Source: Lama guanicoe | Taxonomy: Eukaryota | Reading direction: 5' to 3' | DNA length: 64,000 nucleotides | Assembly: GCA_013239625.1 (NCBI GenBank) | Contig: MU054117.1 | Coordinates: 2,416,011-2,480,010, forward strand | In this document: positions 38,101 through 49,734 of the stretch, piece by piece | Position numbering within the stretch: position 1 is the first letter of the stretch | Layout: every line of letters begins with the position of its first letter | Notes under the pieces: generated by a model | Told to the model about the DNA's origin: nothing | Database searches by the model: none | Seen by the model: only the letters and a program-made list of their open reading frames with translations | Made by a program: the position numbers and the translations under genes

Positions 38101-38448
38101 CAGTATGCTGCATCCTTTGGCCCCTCTTTGGCTTAATGTGGACCATCCCTGCACTTGGTCCTTGTCTCCGACTTCTCAGCCCATCTGGGTTCTTAGGGTT
38201 GTGGTCAGAGAGTTCTTGGTCACTGAGCTCCTTTGACAGGGTGGGAAGTTGAGGGCTATGGGGGTGGGGGAGATGACCTGCCCTCGACCCCCTAGACCTT
38301 CCACCTCACTCTCTGTCCCCTGGGATCGCTGGCCTTTCCCTCTGGGCACCTGGTCCTTGGGGTGGCACTCCCGGGGTCCCCCGTCCACCAGTGTCCACCA
38401 ATGGTTTCTGCCCAAACAGGTCCAACGGGCGCTCCTCCAAGCGGAGCC

Positions 38449-38674
38449 TTGGAGGGCAAGGCCGGCACCATTACCTCCAACGAGTGGAGCTCTCCCAACT
38501 CCCCCGAGGGGAGCAACGTCTCTGGGGGCAGCCAGGCTCTGGACAAGCCCATCGACAATGACGCGGAGGGCGTGTGGAGCCCTGACATCGAGCAGAGCTT
38601 CCAGGAGGCCCTGGCCATCTACCCGCCCTGCGGTCGGCGCAAGATCATCCTGTCGGACGAGGGCAAGATGTACG
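38449..38674 (+). CDS. TEAD4: TEAD4 exon 3 coding part (exon 38420-38674); non-AUG start TTG; N-terminus and first part of TEA domain
   Basis: gccTTGg start; [22 protein letters not shown]...[45 protein letters not shown]; acceptor aaacAG, donor GTaagg. Confidence 0.96.
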
Positions 38675-39599
38675 GTAAGGAGTCTGCTGGGCCTGGGCAG
38701 CAGGCCCCCCATCTCATGGTGCAGCCCTGGAAACAGCCCCTGCATAGCCGCGCAGTCCCCTCCAGGTGATGGAGGGGTGGCCTCTTGGGGCTTCTCCCAG
38801 GTGGACACTCCTGAACTCTTTCCTGGGCTCCCAGGGGATGGGTGGGCGGGGAGGGTGGTGAGAAGGTGGTAGTGCAAGACCTGGAAAAACAGAACATCCC
38901 CCCAGGGCAGACTGGGAAAATCCCACCAGCCGTCTCCCAGGCAAATGCCTGGTCTTCTCCCAGCTTCCTCCTTGGTGTGAAGGGCAGTTAGGAAGGTGGT
39001 CCTGGCTCGTTCCCTCACTCCCGAACTCGTAAGTCTTCTGAGTGCCAGGTAAGAGCAGGTCTAGTCCCTACCCCAGTGTGGTGGGGGTGGCACACATGCA
39101 CCTGCACACAAGGCAGACGGCAGCGTCCCCTCCAGCCGAGAGCGATCAGGGAAGGCCAGCGATGCGCGACAGACAGAGACAGCGTGTCTAGCGGTCCCGT
39201 GAGAGGACCAGGCGGTTTGCCTGGGGCTGTGTTGACTTTCGGACGGAAGAGAGCATCTGAGGAAGAAACACAAACCCTGAGCAGCCGATGGAAGGCCCGG
39301 GCGTCTTTCATTGCCACTGCAAAGTTCCCCAGGACCCCCAGCTTGAAACAGCCATCTTGGGCAGGAGCCGGGGGGCATCTCCGTGACTGTCAGGAACCGC
39401 TGACAACAGAGGGTCTCGCTCTGCTCCCAAGAGATGGCCCCAGGCCAGGTTCCCACCCCGCGGGACTTCCGTTCAGACCCCCCCTCACAGGTGCACCCCA
39501 CCGGCGCCCCCCTCCCCTGCCTCCCATCCCCGGCACAGATACTTTGTCAGCCGTTTGGAGGCCACCATGTGAGGGTCCATGGGGGCCGACAGTACTCAC

Positions 39600-40020
39600 C
39601 TCCTCGGACTGTGAGAAATCACTGCACGTCCAGGGTGCGCCTCGATGCCGGGAAAATGTACCATCTCGCGGGTCCCGAGGTGGAAGCCTGAACCTGAGGG
39701 GTCTGTAGGGCTGGCTCGTCTCAGGGACTCTGAGGAGGATGTGTTCTGTGCCTCCCAGCTTCTGGTGGCAGCTGGCAGCCCTCGGTGTCCTTAGCTTGTG
39801 GCTGCGTGCCTCCCGGCTCTGCCCCTGTTGTCACATGGCCGTCCTCTCTGCGTGTCTCTGGGCCCTCTTCCCTCACAGGGAGCCAGTCACTGGGATTTTG
39901 GGCCCACCTCCATCCAGCACGACCTCATCTTAACTCATGATGTCTGTGAACGTGGCCTGTTTCCAAACAAGGGCACATTCTGAGGGTCCGGGTGGACGTG
40001 AATGTTGGGGGACACTGTGC
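39600..40020 (-). mobile_element. MaLR solo LTR (MLT1B/C-like)
   Basis: cctcccagcttctggtggcagctggcagccctcggtgtccttagcttgtggc...tcacatggccgtcctct...gacctcatcttaact...tttccaaacaagggcacattctgagg. Confidence 0.75.
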
Positions 40021-40719
40021 AGCTCAGCTCAACTGACTAAACTCAGATCTGCTTTGTCACCGGCCCAGGGTGGAGCGCCTACTTCGTCCTTTAGCGACCC
40101 CGTCCCTACAAGGCCAGAGGGTCCTTTCTCTTGTTGGAGAAGCAAAGTCCTTTTGAGCCAGACCCCAGGTCTGCTCTCAGTCGCCAGGTGACTTGCCAGC
40201 CCCGCCACCGTGACTCTGCTGGGACCCCACTTCTGCAGCCTCCACACCCCGGGTCGGCCCCCGTGCCGCCCTCTAACCACTTCCGGCTCTAATGGTTGCT
40301 TCCGACTTTGGGTCCCCGTGGAAGCCTCATGGAGGAGACAGCTGCCGTGTACCTGCCGGTGCTGGGCTGGGACTGCTTGACATAGGTTATCCCCGTGGAG
40401 CTGGAGGGGGAGGAGCTCCGGGTCCTGGGCGCTTCCCACTGCTTGGGAGGCGGGGTGGGTGCAGGTCACAGGGGGACGCGTGAGGGTGAGGAGGCGCGGG
40501 GGTGTGGCTGGAGAGCTGCCAGGGTCCCTGGGTGGGGCCGTGATTGGTGCCCAGACACCTCTCAGGGTTCATCTTCCTGCTTAAAAGGGACAAATGGTCT
40601 GGCAAACACAGGTGTGCGAGAGGCGTCGGCATAGGGAGGGAGGTAAGGGGATCCCAGGTCCAGAAGGGACAGAACATGGAGGGCCACCATGGGCCAGACT
40701 GTGGATTCAGAGCTGTTCC

Positions 40720-41170
40720 TTTGTACGTGGTGGCAAAAAATTCAGAACATAAAATATACCGCTTTAACCACTTTCAAGTATACAATCCAGTGGCCTTAAG
40801 TGCAGTCACATTGTTGTTCAACCATCACCACCATCCGTCTCTAGAACTTTCTCATCCTCCCAAACGGAAACTCTGTCCCCATTGAACACTAACTCCCACC
40901 TGCCCCTCCCCCAGCCCCTGGTCCCCACCAACCACTTTCCGTCTCTACGGCTATGACTCCTCCAGGGACCTCACAGAAGTGCAGCCGCACGGTACGTGTC
41001 CTTTTGCGACTGGCTTGTTTTCCTGAGCATCACGTCCTCACGGTTCCTGCACGTCGTAGCAGGTGTCAGACCTTCCTTCCTCTTTAGGACTGAATCACAT
41101 TCCGTTGTGTGGATGGATACCCCATGGGGTTTATCTGTTCACCCAGCTGATGGACATTTATTTGGGTGGA
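40720..41170 (-). mobile_element. L1M 3' UTR fragment, antisense
   Basis: aacataaaatataccgctttaaccactttcaagtataca...aaactctgtccccattgaacactaactcc...gatggacattta. Confidence 0.8.
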
Positions 41171-43429
41171 TGCTTCAGTTTTTTTAGTCGTTAAGGGTGT
41201 GAATATTTCTATCCATATTCACACAGAAAGGTATCAGAGTTAAGAGGCTTTATCCTTGGTTACCTGATGCTTGCGACTGGACCAGGGTTTGGAAAAGGCA
41301 AGGCTGTGACTTCCAGCACCTCCAGGCCCCGGGTTGGAATTCCGTGCGGCAGGAGAGGAGCCATGGTGGGGGAAGTGGGATGAAATGGTGTTTGGCAAAC
41401 TGTCCTGGCCTTGACGGTGTCCTCTGTGGCTCTCCTTCCCCTGTTCTGAGGGACGAGGAGGGCCCGGGGTTGGGAGACCACAGCAGAGGAGGAAGAGAGG
41501 AGAGGGCCCGAGGCTGCAAGCCTCTTGGCGATGGGCTCCTGTCTCTCCGTGGGAGGGGAGGGAGGCTACAGCCTCTGCAGTTGCAAAGAGAAGCTCAGAG
41601 ACATCGAGAGCTTCTCCCAGAGCCACTCAGGTGGGAGAGCGGGGCTCAGTGTGCGCCGTCACCTGTCACCCTGAGTGGCCCTCCGCAAAGCCAGCCCTGC
41701 CTCCCGCTTGGCCCCGGCTCAGGTGGGTCAGGCTCTGGGCAGGAGGATGGAGGCTGTTCTGCGGAGTCTGGTGACTGGCCCAGCCCCCTCGGCACCTGTC
41801 CCCCATGGTACACATCCTTCTGGGGCCCAGATGCAGGCCCACCCCTGTCCCCATCTTGTCTTACAGGCCCGGGGGCTGAGCCAAGGCAGGGCCTCGCAGG
41901 GAGGTGACAGGGGCTCCAGGCAGAGCGGAGTGGCCCAGCTGGGGGGTATATATAGCTCTGAGCTCAGCCCCATGTGTGGGATGGGCTGAGGGGGCAGACA
42001 CAGGACGGGACCAGCCACCAAGCTGACTCAGACCTCATCTCCCGCAGGCTGCTCCCCCACCCCCACCATCTCCTCCTTCTCCCTTGAGGACCCGTTCAGG
42101 CCGTCCTCGGAGCCCCAGCCCATCCTCAGCCCTCAGAGCCCTGGTCCTTACTCCCCCACGCCCCACATCCGGAGACCTCAGCTGATTTCCAGGTGGGCCC
42201 ACCCGACGGGGCAGCCGGCCTCAGGCAGGAAGAAGAGCAGACTGTCCAAGGAGGATGTGAGACCTGGAGACACTGAGGACAGGGTCAGGCCGGCCCCCAG
42301 CCTGCCCCCGCACACCCCAAGCAGGGTGCCCCGACCAGGGCCAGGCAGACATGCAGATGCCACATGGGTGCAGGACAGACTGGCGCCGAGCCTCCCACGC
42401 CCGTGGACCAGGGATGCCAGCCCTCTCCGGCCCATGGCAGCCTCCGGTGTCACCCCGTCACGGTGTGACCCTCTCCCTGGCACTGCCGCGCTGGTTGCTC
42501 TGACCTTCTTGTCCAGCCTTGCTCTGGCCCCGTGGGCAGGTGATGGGAGGTGAACGTGGGACAGCTTCTCCCGGCTGGCCCTGGCTGGCCCGCTCTCCCT
42601 CCGGGTGCAGGTGGCCAGGACAGCTCTGGCTTGCTCTGGGCCTTCCTTCCTTCCCCTCTGCCCGCCTGCCGGGCCCCTTGCCCTCCTGGAGTTGCTCTTG
42701 GGTCTCCCAAGTCTCTGTGCCTCTCCTGTCCTTGCCACCTCATCTCCTGGGGCCTCGTGGCCTGTTAGCTGTCCGTCAGTTCCCATCAAGCACCTGCCGT
42801 TCTGACCCAGGCCCGGCTGGGGGCCTTGTCTCTGTTCTCTCCGGCCTCGTGGTTGAGGGAGAGGTGGGAGGAACATCTTTGGAAAGTCACAGATGGCACT
42901 TAGGTCGTCTCTGGCCAGGCAGCCGAGGGCTGGGTCATCTTGGAGGCTTTCTGGAGAGGTGGAACTTGAGCTGGCTTTGGCGGGGCTGCAAGGAGAGTGA
43001 GGCTTGGCGCAGAGGCGGGGCTTTGCCTGGGGGATTGGGGGTTGCCTTGGGGATCTGGGCAGAGTGCAGGGATGAGGGACCATCGGAGGCGAGTCAGCTG
43101 ACGAGAGGCAGAGTGGAGGCTGCACCCAGGTCGGGCCTCCGATCACTGGGATGATGGGGCAGGTCAGGGAGCCGCATCCTGGCTCCTCCTGCCCCGCTTC
43201 CCCGCTACGACCCTTGGGTCCTCTGCTTTTGGGCTCTGCTTCTCCCTCTTGTGGCCTGGAACCTGGCTTCCTGCTTCCGGAGGCCTGATGGTGTGAGCCT
43301 CCGTCCAACCTGCTGTCTGTCCAGTGGCCAGTGTGACCTTGGCTGGTGGATCACCTCTTCTCAGCTTCAGTTTCCCCGTGAAAAATGAGGATAATAACAC
43401 GACTCTTACCTTTGGGGAGTTTTTTGTTT

Positions 43430-44190
43430 TACTTACTTATTAGTTACTTTACTGTGGGGAAATATGCACAACATAAAATTTCCCACTGTGACCAGGTCAG
43501 TGGCAGTAAGTCCATTCACACGGCTGGGCTGCCATCACCTCCTTCCGTCTCCAGAACTTTCTCACTCTTCCCGGCAGAAACTCTGTACCCATTAAACATA
43601 ACTCCCGTCCCCCCACCCCTCCAGGCCCTGGGGACCTCTAGTCTGCTGCCTGTCTTTATGAATTTGCCTGTTCTAGGTACGTATCACAGCAGTGGAATCT
43701 TACAACACACGCCTTTCTGTGTCTGGATTATTTCTCTTAGCAGTGTCTTCAAGGTTCATCCGTGTTGTAGCGGTGTCAGGACTTCCTTCCTTTTTATAGC
43801 TGAATAACATTCCACTGTATACGTAGACCATGTTTCGTGGATCCATTTATCTATGATGTACATGTGGGCGTTTCCACCTTTTGGTTGTCGTGAACAATGC
43901 TGCTAGAACACGTGTGTGCAAGTGCCCGTCCCTGCCGTCAATGCAAGTGGAATTGTTGGATCCTATGACTCTTTTAACTTTTTAAAGAACTGCCAGGCTA
44001 TCTCCCACAGGTGGCTGCGCCGTTTTACATTCTGCCAGCAACATACAAGTGTTTCAGTTTCTTCACATCCTCTCCAACATTTGCTACTTTCCTTTTTTCT
44101 TTTCAGTAACCATTCTAGTGGGTGTGAGGTGGTATCTCGTGGTTGGGTTTGCATTTCCCGAAGGTTAGTGATGTCCAGTAGTTTTTTAGT
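43430..44190 (-). mobile_element. L1M 3' fragment, antisense
   Basis: aaactctgtacccattaaaca...aggttcatccgtgttgtagc...gtgaacaatgctgcta...ctagtgggtgtgaggtggtatctc. Confidence 0.85.
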
Positions 44191-46013
44191 ACTTGTTGGA
44201 AGAAGACACTATCTTCAGCGCAGCTGCTGGGATGAGAGGTGCCCAGGGAAGAGTCGGGGTGGGGTGCATGCTGCAGAGCTGGAGGGGACATCTTCCCTGC
44301 CCTCAAGAAGCTCAAATGAATTGAGCCCAGGAAGGCACAGACCCTGTGCACCAGGCTTGGAGGCACGAGGGGGCACGCCCACCTGGGCGGGGCCCTGGAA
44401 GCCGTGGCCTTGAAGCCTCAGAGCCCTCCAGGGACAATGGTGGTAACAGCTTGGATGTCAGGCCTGAAAATTTCTTCTCCACAAATAGCCTCCTCCTCCA
44501 GCTGCAGGTGTTTATATTCCCAGCTGATCCCGGCCAGAGAGGCCCCCAGGCCAGGCCGTGGGCATCAGGGCGGGGCCCCAGCCTGCAGGGTGAGCTGCGC
44601 TCCTGCACAGGGCTCTCTCCCACAGCAAAGATCCTACCTGGGCAGATCTGTCACTTGGTGGGGAAGCTCACGCCCTTTTCAACTTTGAAAAATGAACAGC
44701 CTTAGTTCTTACAGAACCTTATCAACTCTAGTAGATGTAACAACTGTCTTCGCTGACTCTTAGTAAGTGGCAGAAACATTTAACATGTTTACAGCCCGGG
44801 GGGAGGCTGGTACAGGGAGGAAATGAGACACAGAAGGCCTGTCCCAGAGGATTTTGCAGGTAGGACAACAATTGTCCTGCTCCTGTGTGACTGGGGGACA
44901 GCCCGGGGTGGCTGGCAGGACATGCGTGACCTGGGTGTGGGGTTCGTGCAAAGTGGGGGTCACTTGGTGTGGAGTGTCCCACCTTCAGTCCTTGGTGCCA
45001 TGGGCCGTCCTTGCCCACGGTGGGGTGGGGCCGTGGCTGCGAGCTGGGTGCTGTTGGACACATGTCCTCTGACAGATGGACCGCAGTCTGGGGTGTCCTC
45101 TCCAGCCCCGCCCACGCCAAGGCCACCTGCCGCGCTGCAGTGCCCAGCTGCCCCACTGGCCCCTGCTTCCCCAGCCCGTGATCTCAGCCACCGGAGGGGC
45201 GGAGGCCTGCGGCGAGGCAGCGAGTGGCCGAGCTGGGACCGGGTGCAGGCGTCGTGCCTCCCCACTGACTCACCCGGGTTTCCTCCTGGTCTCTTCCTGC
45301 TGGTGCTTCACTTGCTGCCTTCGCCGGGGCTGCACTCCCTGCGTCTCTGCTTCTCCCCCAGGCTCTGTGGGCCTCCTGCTGTCTCTGTCCTCCAGGGCCC
45401 TGCGTACCGCTGTCAGGAGAGAGTGAAGACAGGTGGGCGAGTCCACACAGTTGGCTCTTCCTCCCGCACCTGGGCCAGGGCCAGGGGAGAGGCCAGTGAG
45501 ACATCGCCGAGGACTTACTCCATGCAGAGACCCCGGGAATCGGGGGGACTGGTCCAGAGGGGCGGAGCAGAATGGTCTCTGGCAGAGGAGACCCCCAGCC
45601 CAGCCAGGGGAGGCATCCATGGGGAAAAGCGACCATTGTGAAGCGCTGGGTGTGGCCTTGGAAACGGATGTTCCCATGACCCCGGGGAAGCGTGTGACTT
45701 TGAGTAAGTCACTTCCCCTCTCTGGGCCTCAGGTCCTTCTCGCTTAGGCTCGACGGGACCTCTGGGGGCACCGGGTCCCTCCGCTGCTTCTGAGAGAGCT
45801 GGCCCTCGATGCCATGTAGACTCAGAGAAGTGACCCTGCGGTGTCTAAGAGGCGGGCTCCGGAACCAGTCTGCCGGATCTGGATGTGGGCCACTTGCTGG
45901 CCTGTGGCCCTGCGCAAGCGCCTGAACCTCTCTGTGCCCTGATTTCCCTGCCGATGGGGGGTCGGTGATGGTACCAGCTGCGTGAGCTGCGTGAGGACTG
46001 AGAGCGTGAGTGC

Positions 46014-46160
46014 GGCGGGGAGGGTGCAGCTCAGTGTCGAGCACGTGCTTAGCCTGCGTGAGGTCCTGGGTTCAATCCCCGGTCTCTCCGTTAAAAAAGA
46101 ATCACTGCAAATATTCACACAATTAAATTGATGAACACTAAATGAAATTTTAAAAACAAG
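46014..46160 (+). mobile_element. tRNA-Ala-like SINE (vic-1-like)
   Basis: ggggagggtgcagctcagtgtcgagcacgtgcttagcctgcgtgaggtcctgggttcaatcccc with A-rich tail; diverged TSD agagcgtgagtgc / aaagtgtgaatgc. Confidence 0.8.
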
Positions 46161-49100
46161 AAAGTGTGAATGCAAATCAGGCTGTACTTGCTCTGTGTCT
46201 GTCCAGGAACCTGTCAGGGCCCCACAGACGTTCATTAGTGTTACTGTGATCACAAGAGCGGAGGAAGCCGCGGCGGCTGGTCCCCTGTGCCTGTGTCAGG
46301 CCCGGGCGAGAGTCCGTCCGCAGGCAGTAGGACGGCCAGGCTGGCCCCTGCAGGAAGTCAGGAGGCAGGAAGGAAGCCGTCTGCTCGCCTTGGCGCCAAG
46401 CCCCGGAGAAACCCAGTGCTCCACTCCCACGCGGGGGTCCTCCACTGCCGGCACTGCCTCTGACCAGCACAGCGGGCCTGGTCGGCATCAGTGGTCTGAG
46501 ATGAGCCAGTACGGGAGAGGAGGCCATGTCTCCGCTGGAGGGGACGGGAGAGGCATGACTCGAAGAGTATGACAGACGCGTCAGCCTGGGACCCTTGGGT
46601 CTGGCTCCTGTGGGCCCCGTGCCCTGGGCCAGGACGGCTCGTCTGGGGACAGAGCCTGAACCCTGTAGCAGGCGGGGACATGGTTGTGGGGCTGGGTGGG
46701 GGCTCCGTCTCCGTGGCCTGGGGGTCGTCTCTGGTGTGTGAGTGAGGCACTCAGCCAGCGGCGGGCAGGGCCTCCCAGTGGCTGTCTGACGCTCACTGCA
46801 GAGGACGTGCCACCGTGTCCAGGAGGCCCGCCCGTCCTGGGAGTGCAGCCCCCATTGGCCGAGCATCGTCTCTGCTGGGCACTGTGCCGCTGGCCCGTGG
46901 CTGAGCCAGGACTCGAAGCCGGGCGTTCGTCCTCAGTCTGCTGGTGGCCCGGCGGGACAGATTTTCTGACCTCAGTTTCTCCGTCTGCCTGCCCTGCGGG
47001 GAGATGGGTTCCCTGTGATGTTAGGGAGAATCACCTGCTTCCAGGTGCCTGAAATTTTTATTTGTAATTAAAATTTTTGTAGTTTTATTGAAATATAATC
47101 GACATACTATAAACTATATGTATTGGAGCGGAGCTGTCCTTACAGGAGTCGGGGGTAGACGGTGCTTCGTAAGTGAACCACTGGGTGTGGGAGAAGGCGC
47201 TGGAGGACGTGAGGGCCGTGGGAAGGCAGGGTGGGTGGAGAGTGACCTCAGCTCTCAGTGGGGTGTTTTGGGAAGACGCCCCCCCCATAATGGCAGCTGA
47301 GCAAAGATGCCATTGGGGTGTGAAGGGGAGGGAGTGGGCCTGGGGGCCTCTGGAGCAGAGAACAGGTTGCACAAAGGCCGAGGTGGGACGGGCCTTGCAC
47401 GTCCAGGAACAGCCCAGAGACCGAGGGTGGGTGGCGTGAGGTTGGAGAGGGGCTGAGCTGGGATGGGTGGATAGATCCTGTGGGGTCCGCCCCTGGACCG
47501 TGGGGACTAGATGACTCCCGTGGGCTCAGGACACCTTTGTTTTACAGAAAAAGAAACTGAGCCACAGAGAGCTGTCATTGAGCCAAAGTTCAGGTCTATT
47601 TCTGAAGTCAGTCCAGTTTGAACACATTTGAGTGAGAAATGGCTATCAGGGCCCAGACTGAAGAAGAGAAAGCTGAGTGAGGTCAGGGGGAAGGGGCTGG
47701 CCAAGCTCCCAGAGCTCTGCTGGGCTAGAGCCTGGCTCCCCAACCCCCAGTCCCCTGGCCATTCCCAGTCCCTGCTGGTGATGCTCAGACCCTCTGCCAG
47801 TGAAAACAGCCTTTCGTGGCTGCAGTGTGAGTGCCTCTGGATAGACATAGGGTGGGACTGGCACATTCACCGGACTGCCAACGGAGCCTGTGGACTACCT
47901 TTCCCTGGAATGTTTTGAGAGCAGACATCGTGCTGAATGGCGGGCTTAGAGGCAGACCAGCCCACAGGCGTTGTCCCCAGGGTCCGGTGTCCCCCCCACC
48001 CTGTCCTTTCCCGACACAGACAGGCCAGCGCCCTGCTCTCAGGCCAGCAAGTCTTTCTGGCAGACGAGACCTCCTGAGGGTGGCCTCTGGATTCAGCCTT
48101 GGCAGTGGGGAAAGGTCAACTGGGGGCCCACTTGGCTTTGGCTGTGCTCTCTCAGGTGGTGGATGCCCACCTGTCTTGTCCTGCCTGCCCCCTGCATCAG
48201 CAGCAGCTTCCTCACTGTGCGCCGCAGCCCTCTGGGCTCAGCAGGGCCCATCGAGACAGCGCAGGCTGGCAGCTGTGTCCTCGGGCGCCAGAGGTGGGGA
48301 AAGGAGGTGACAATTCCTGCTGAAACCCTCTCACCCCCCGTCTCCCCACCAGTGCCCTTCTTTGTGGTGTAATCCTAGCAGTGGTCGGAGGAGCTCAAGG
48401 CTCACCCGACTGCCCAGCCTGAGCTGGCCCCCATCCTCTGAGCACGCAGCGTGGTTCCCATCTGACGTGTGCATGGGGCCATCATGTGGGTAGCTGCCTC
48501 TCCTCGACTGGGTGGTGAGCTCTTGGAAAGCAGGAACTTCTTGTCCTGGTGTCATTCACAATAAGAGAGGAGCTGGTGGCTCTGTGGTTCTGCAGGACCT
48601 CACAGCAGCAAACTCTAGGAGGCTGGGCCCACAGCAAGCGCTCGAAGGACCTATTGAGCTGGAGCTGGAGCGGGGTCGGCCGGGTCTCCTGCGTCTGGGT
48701 GAGGGGCCCCGGGTTCCTCTCTGGAGACGCTCTGTGTCTCAGCACTTATGTCCCCCTGCCCCCTCTGCCCACAGACAGGACAAGACATCCTGTAAGGTCC
48801 TGCTCATTGACGGAGGTGGTGGGGATGGTGGGAGGCCCAAGGCCAGCTTTCCCCAGCAGCCTCCCCCACGAGCAGAGGCCCCAGGAGGAGGTGGAAGCAG
48901 AGGCGGCTGTCGGGCTGTAAGGGTGGGACAGAGGCTGCATGGGAGAGATGGGGGGCTCCGAGGGGCTTCCCGAGTGTGCGTCCAGCTGCCCGCCCGCAGG
49001 AGGCCCATGGCCCTGTCCCCTTGCTCTCAGGTTACTGTCTCTCAGCGAGGCCTCGGCTTCCTCTTGCTGCTGGTAGGCCTCTGGGATCTCAGCGGGGCAG

Positions 49101-49233
49101 GAGGGGACCTGCAGAATCCTCACTGCAGGCACCACCCAGGTGGGCAGAGGGTGAGGGCAGGGGCCCCTCAGGCCCTCCTGTTCGCCTCCTTGGTCCTTGT
49201 CTTCCCACTGAGAGGCTGTTGGTGTCCCTGCAG

Positions 49234-49298
49234 GTCGGAATGAGCTGATCGCCCGCTACATCAAGCTCCGGACGGGGAAGACCCGCACCAGGAAGCAG
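49234..49298 (+). CDS. TEAD4: TEAD4 exon 4 (GRNELIARYIKLRTGKTRTRKQ), TEA domain
   Basis: Acceptor ccctgcAG, donor GTgggc; 65 nt; hand-translated. Confidence 0.97.
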
Positions 49299-49671
49299 GT
49301 GGGCCCTGGGGCAGGTTCCCCAGCAGTAGCCGGCGCCCAGGGTGGGCCGGCCCCGCAGGACTGGGCGTGGGCTCTGGGGGCCAGCTCGGGAGGGCTGCTC
49401 TGCCGAGTGTGCCACAGGTGGTCCCTTTCCTTGGGGTCCCTGCTGCCATCACCTGGGAGAAGACCCCTCCCCATCCTTCTCCAGGCCAGCAGAAGGACTG
49501 CGCTTCTATTTAGCTGGGTGAGGCGGGACCAAGGGCCATCAGTGACCGACCCTTCCGTTCATTCATTCAGTCATGATGTGGCTGGGGGCTGTGGAGGGCT
49601 GAGGGCTGAGGAGGCCACACGGGAGCCGACTGTCGGGGAGGTAGGAACAGGAGCCTCTCTTCCTGCCACAG

Positions 49672-49734
49672 GTGTCCAGTCACATCCAGGTGCTGGCTCG
49701 GCGAAAAGCCCGGGAGATCCAGGCCAAGCTAAAG
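49672..49734 (+). CDS. TEAD4: TEAD4 exon 5 (VSSHIQVLARRKAREIQAKLK), TEA recognition helix and basic region
   Basis: Acceptor gccacAG, donor GTaagg; 63 nt. Confidence 0.97.

Noticed and set aside
38668..38670. First in-frame ATG as the TEAD4 start
   Set aside because: It lies inside the TEA domain; the conserved N-terminus upstream and known non-AUG initiation favour TTG 38449.
42178..43308. 376-aa minus-strand ORF in TEAD4 intron 3
   Set aside because: GC-rich intronic sequence, no recognisable homology, composition typical of chance ORFs.
47131..48802. Possible third inverted pair (gagctgtccttacaggagtc vs gacatcctgtaaggtcctgctc)
   Set aside because: Only about 20 nt with gaps and no convincing extension; within chance expectation.
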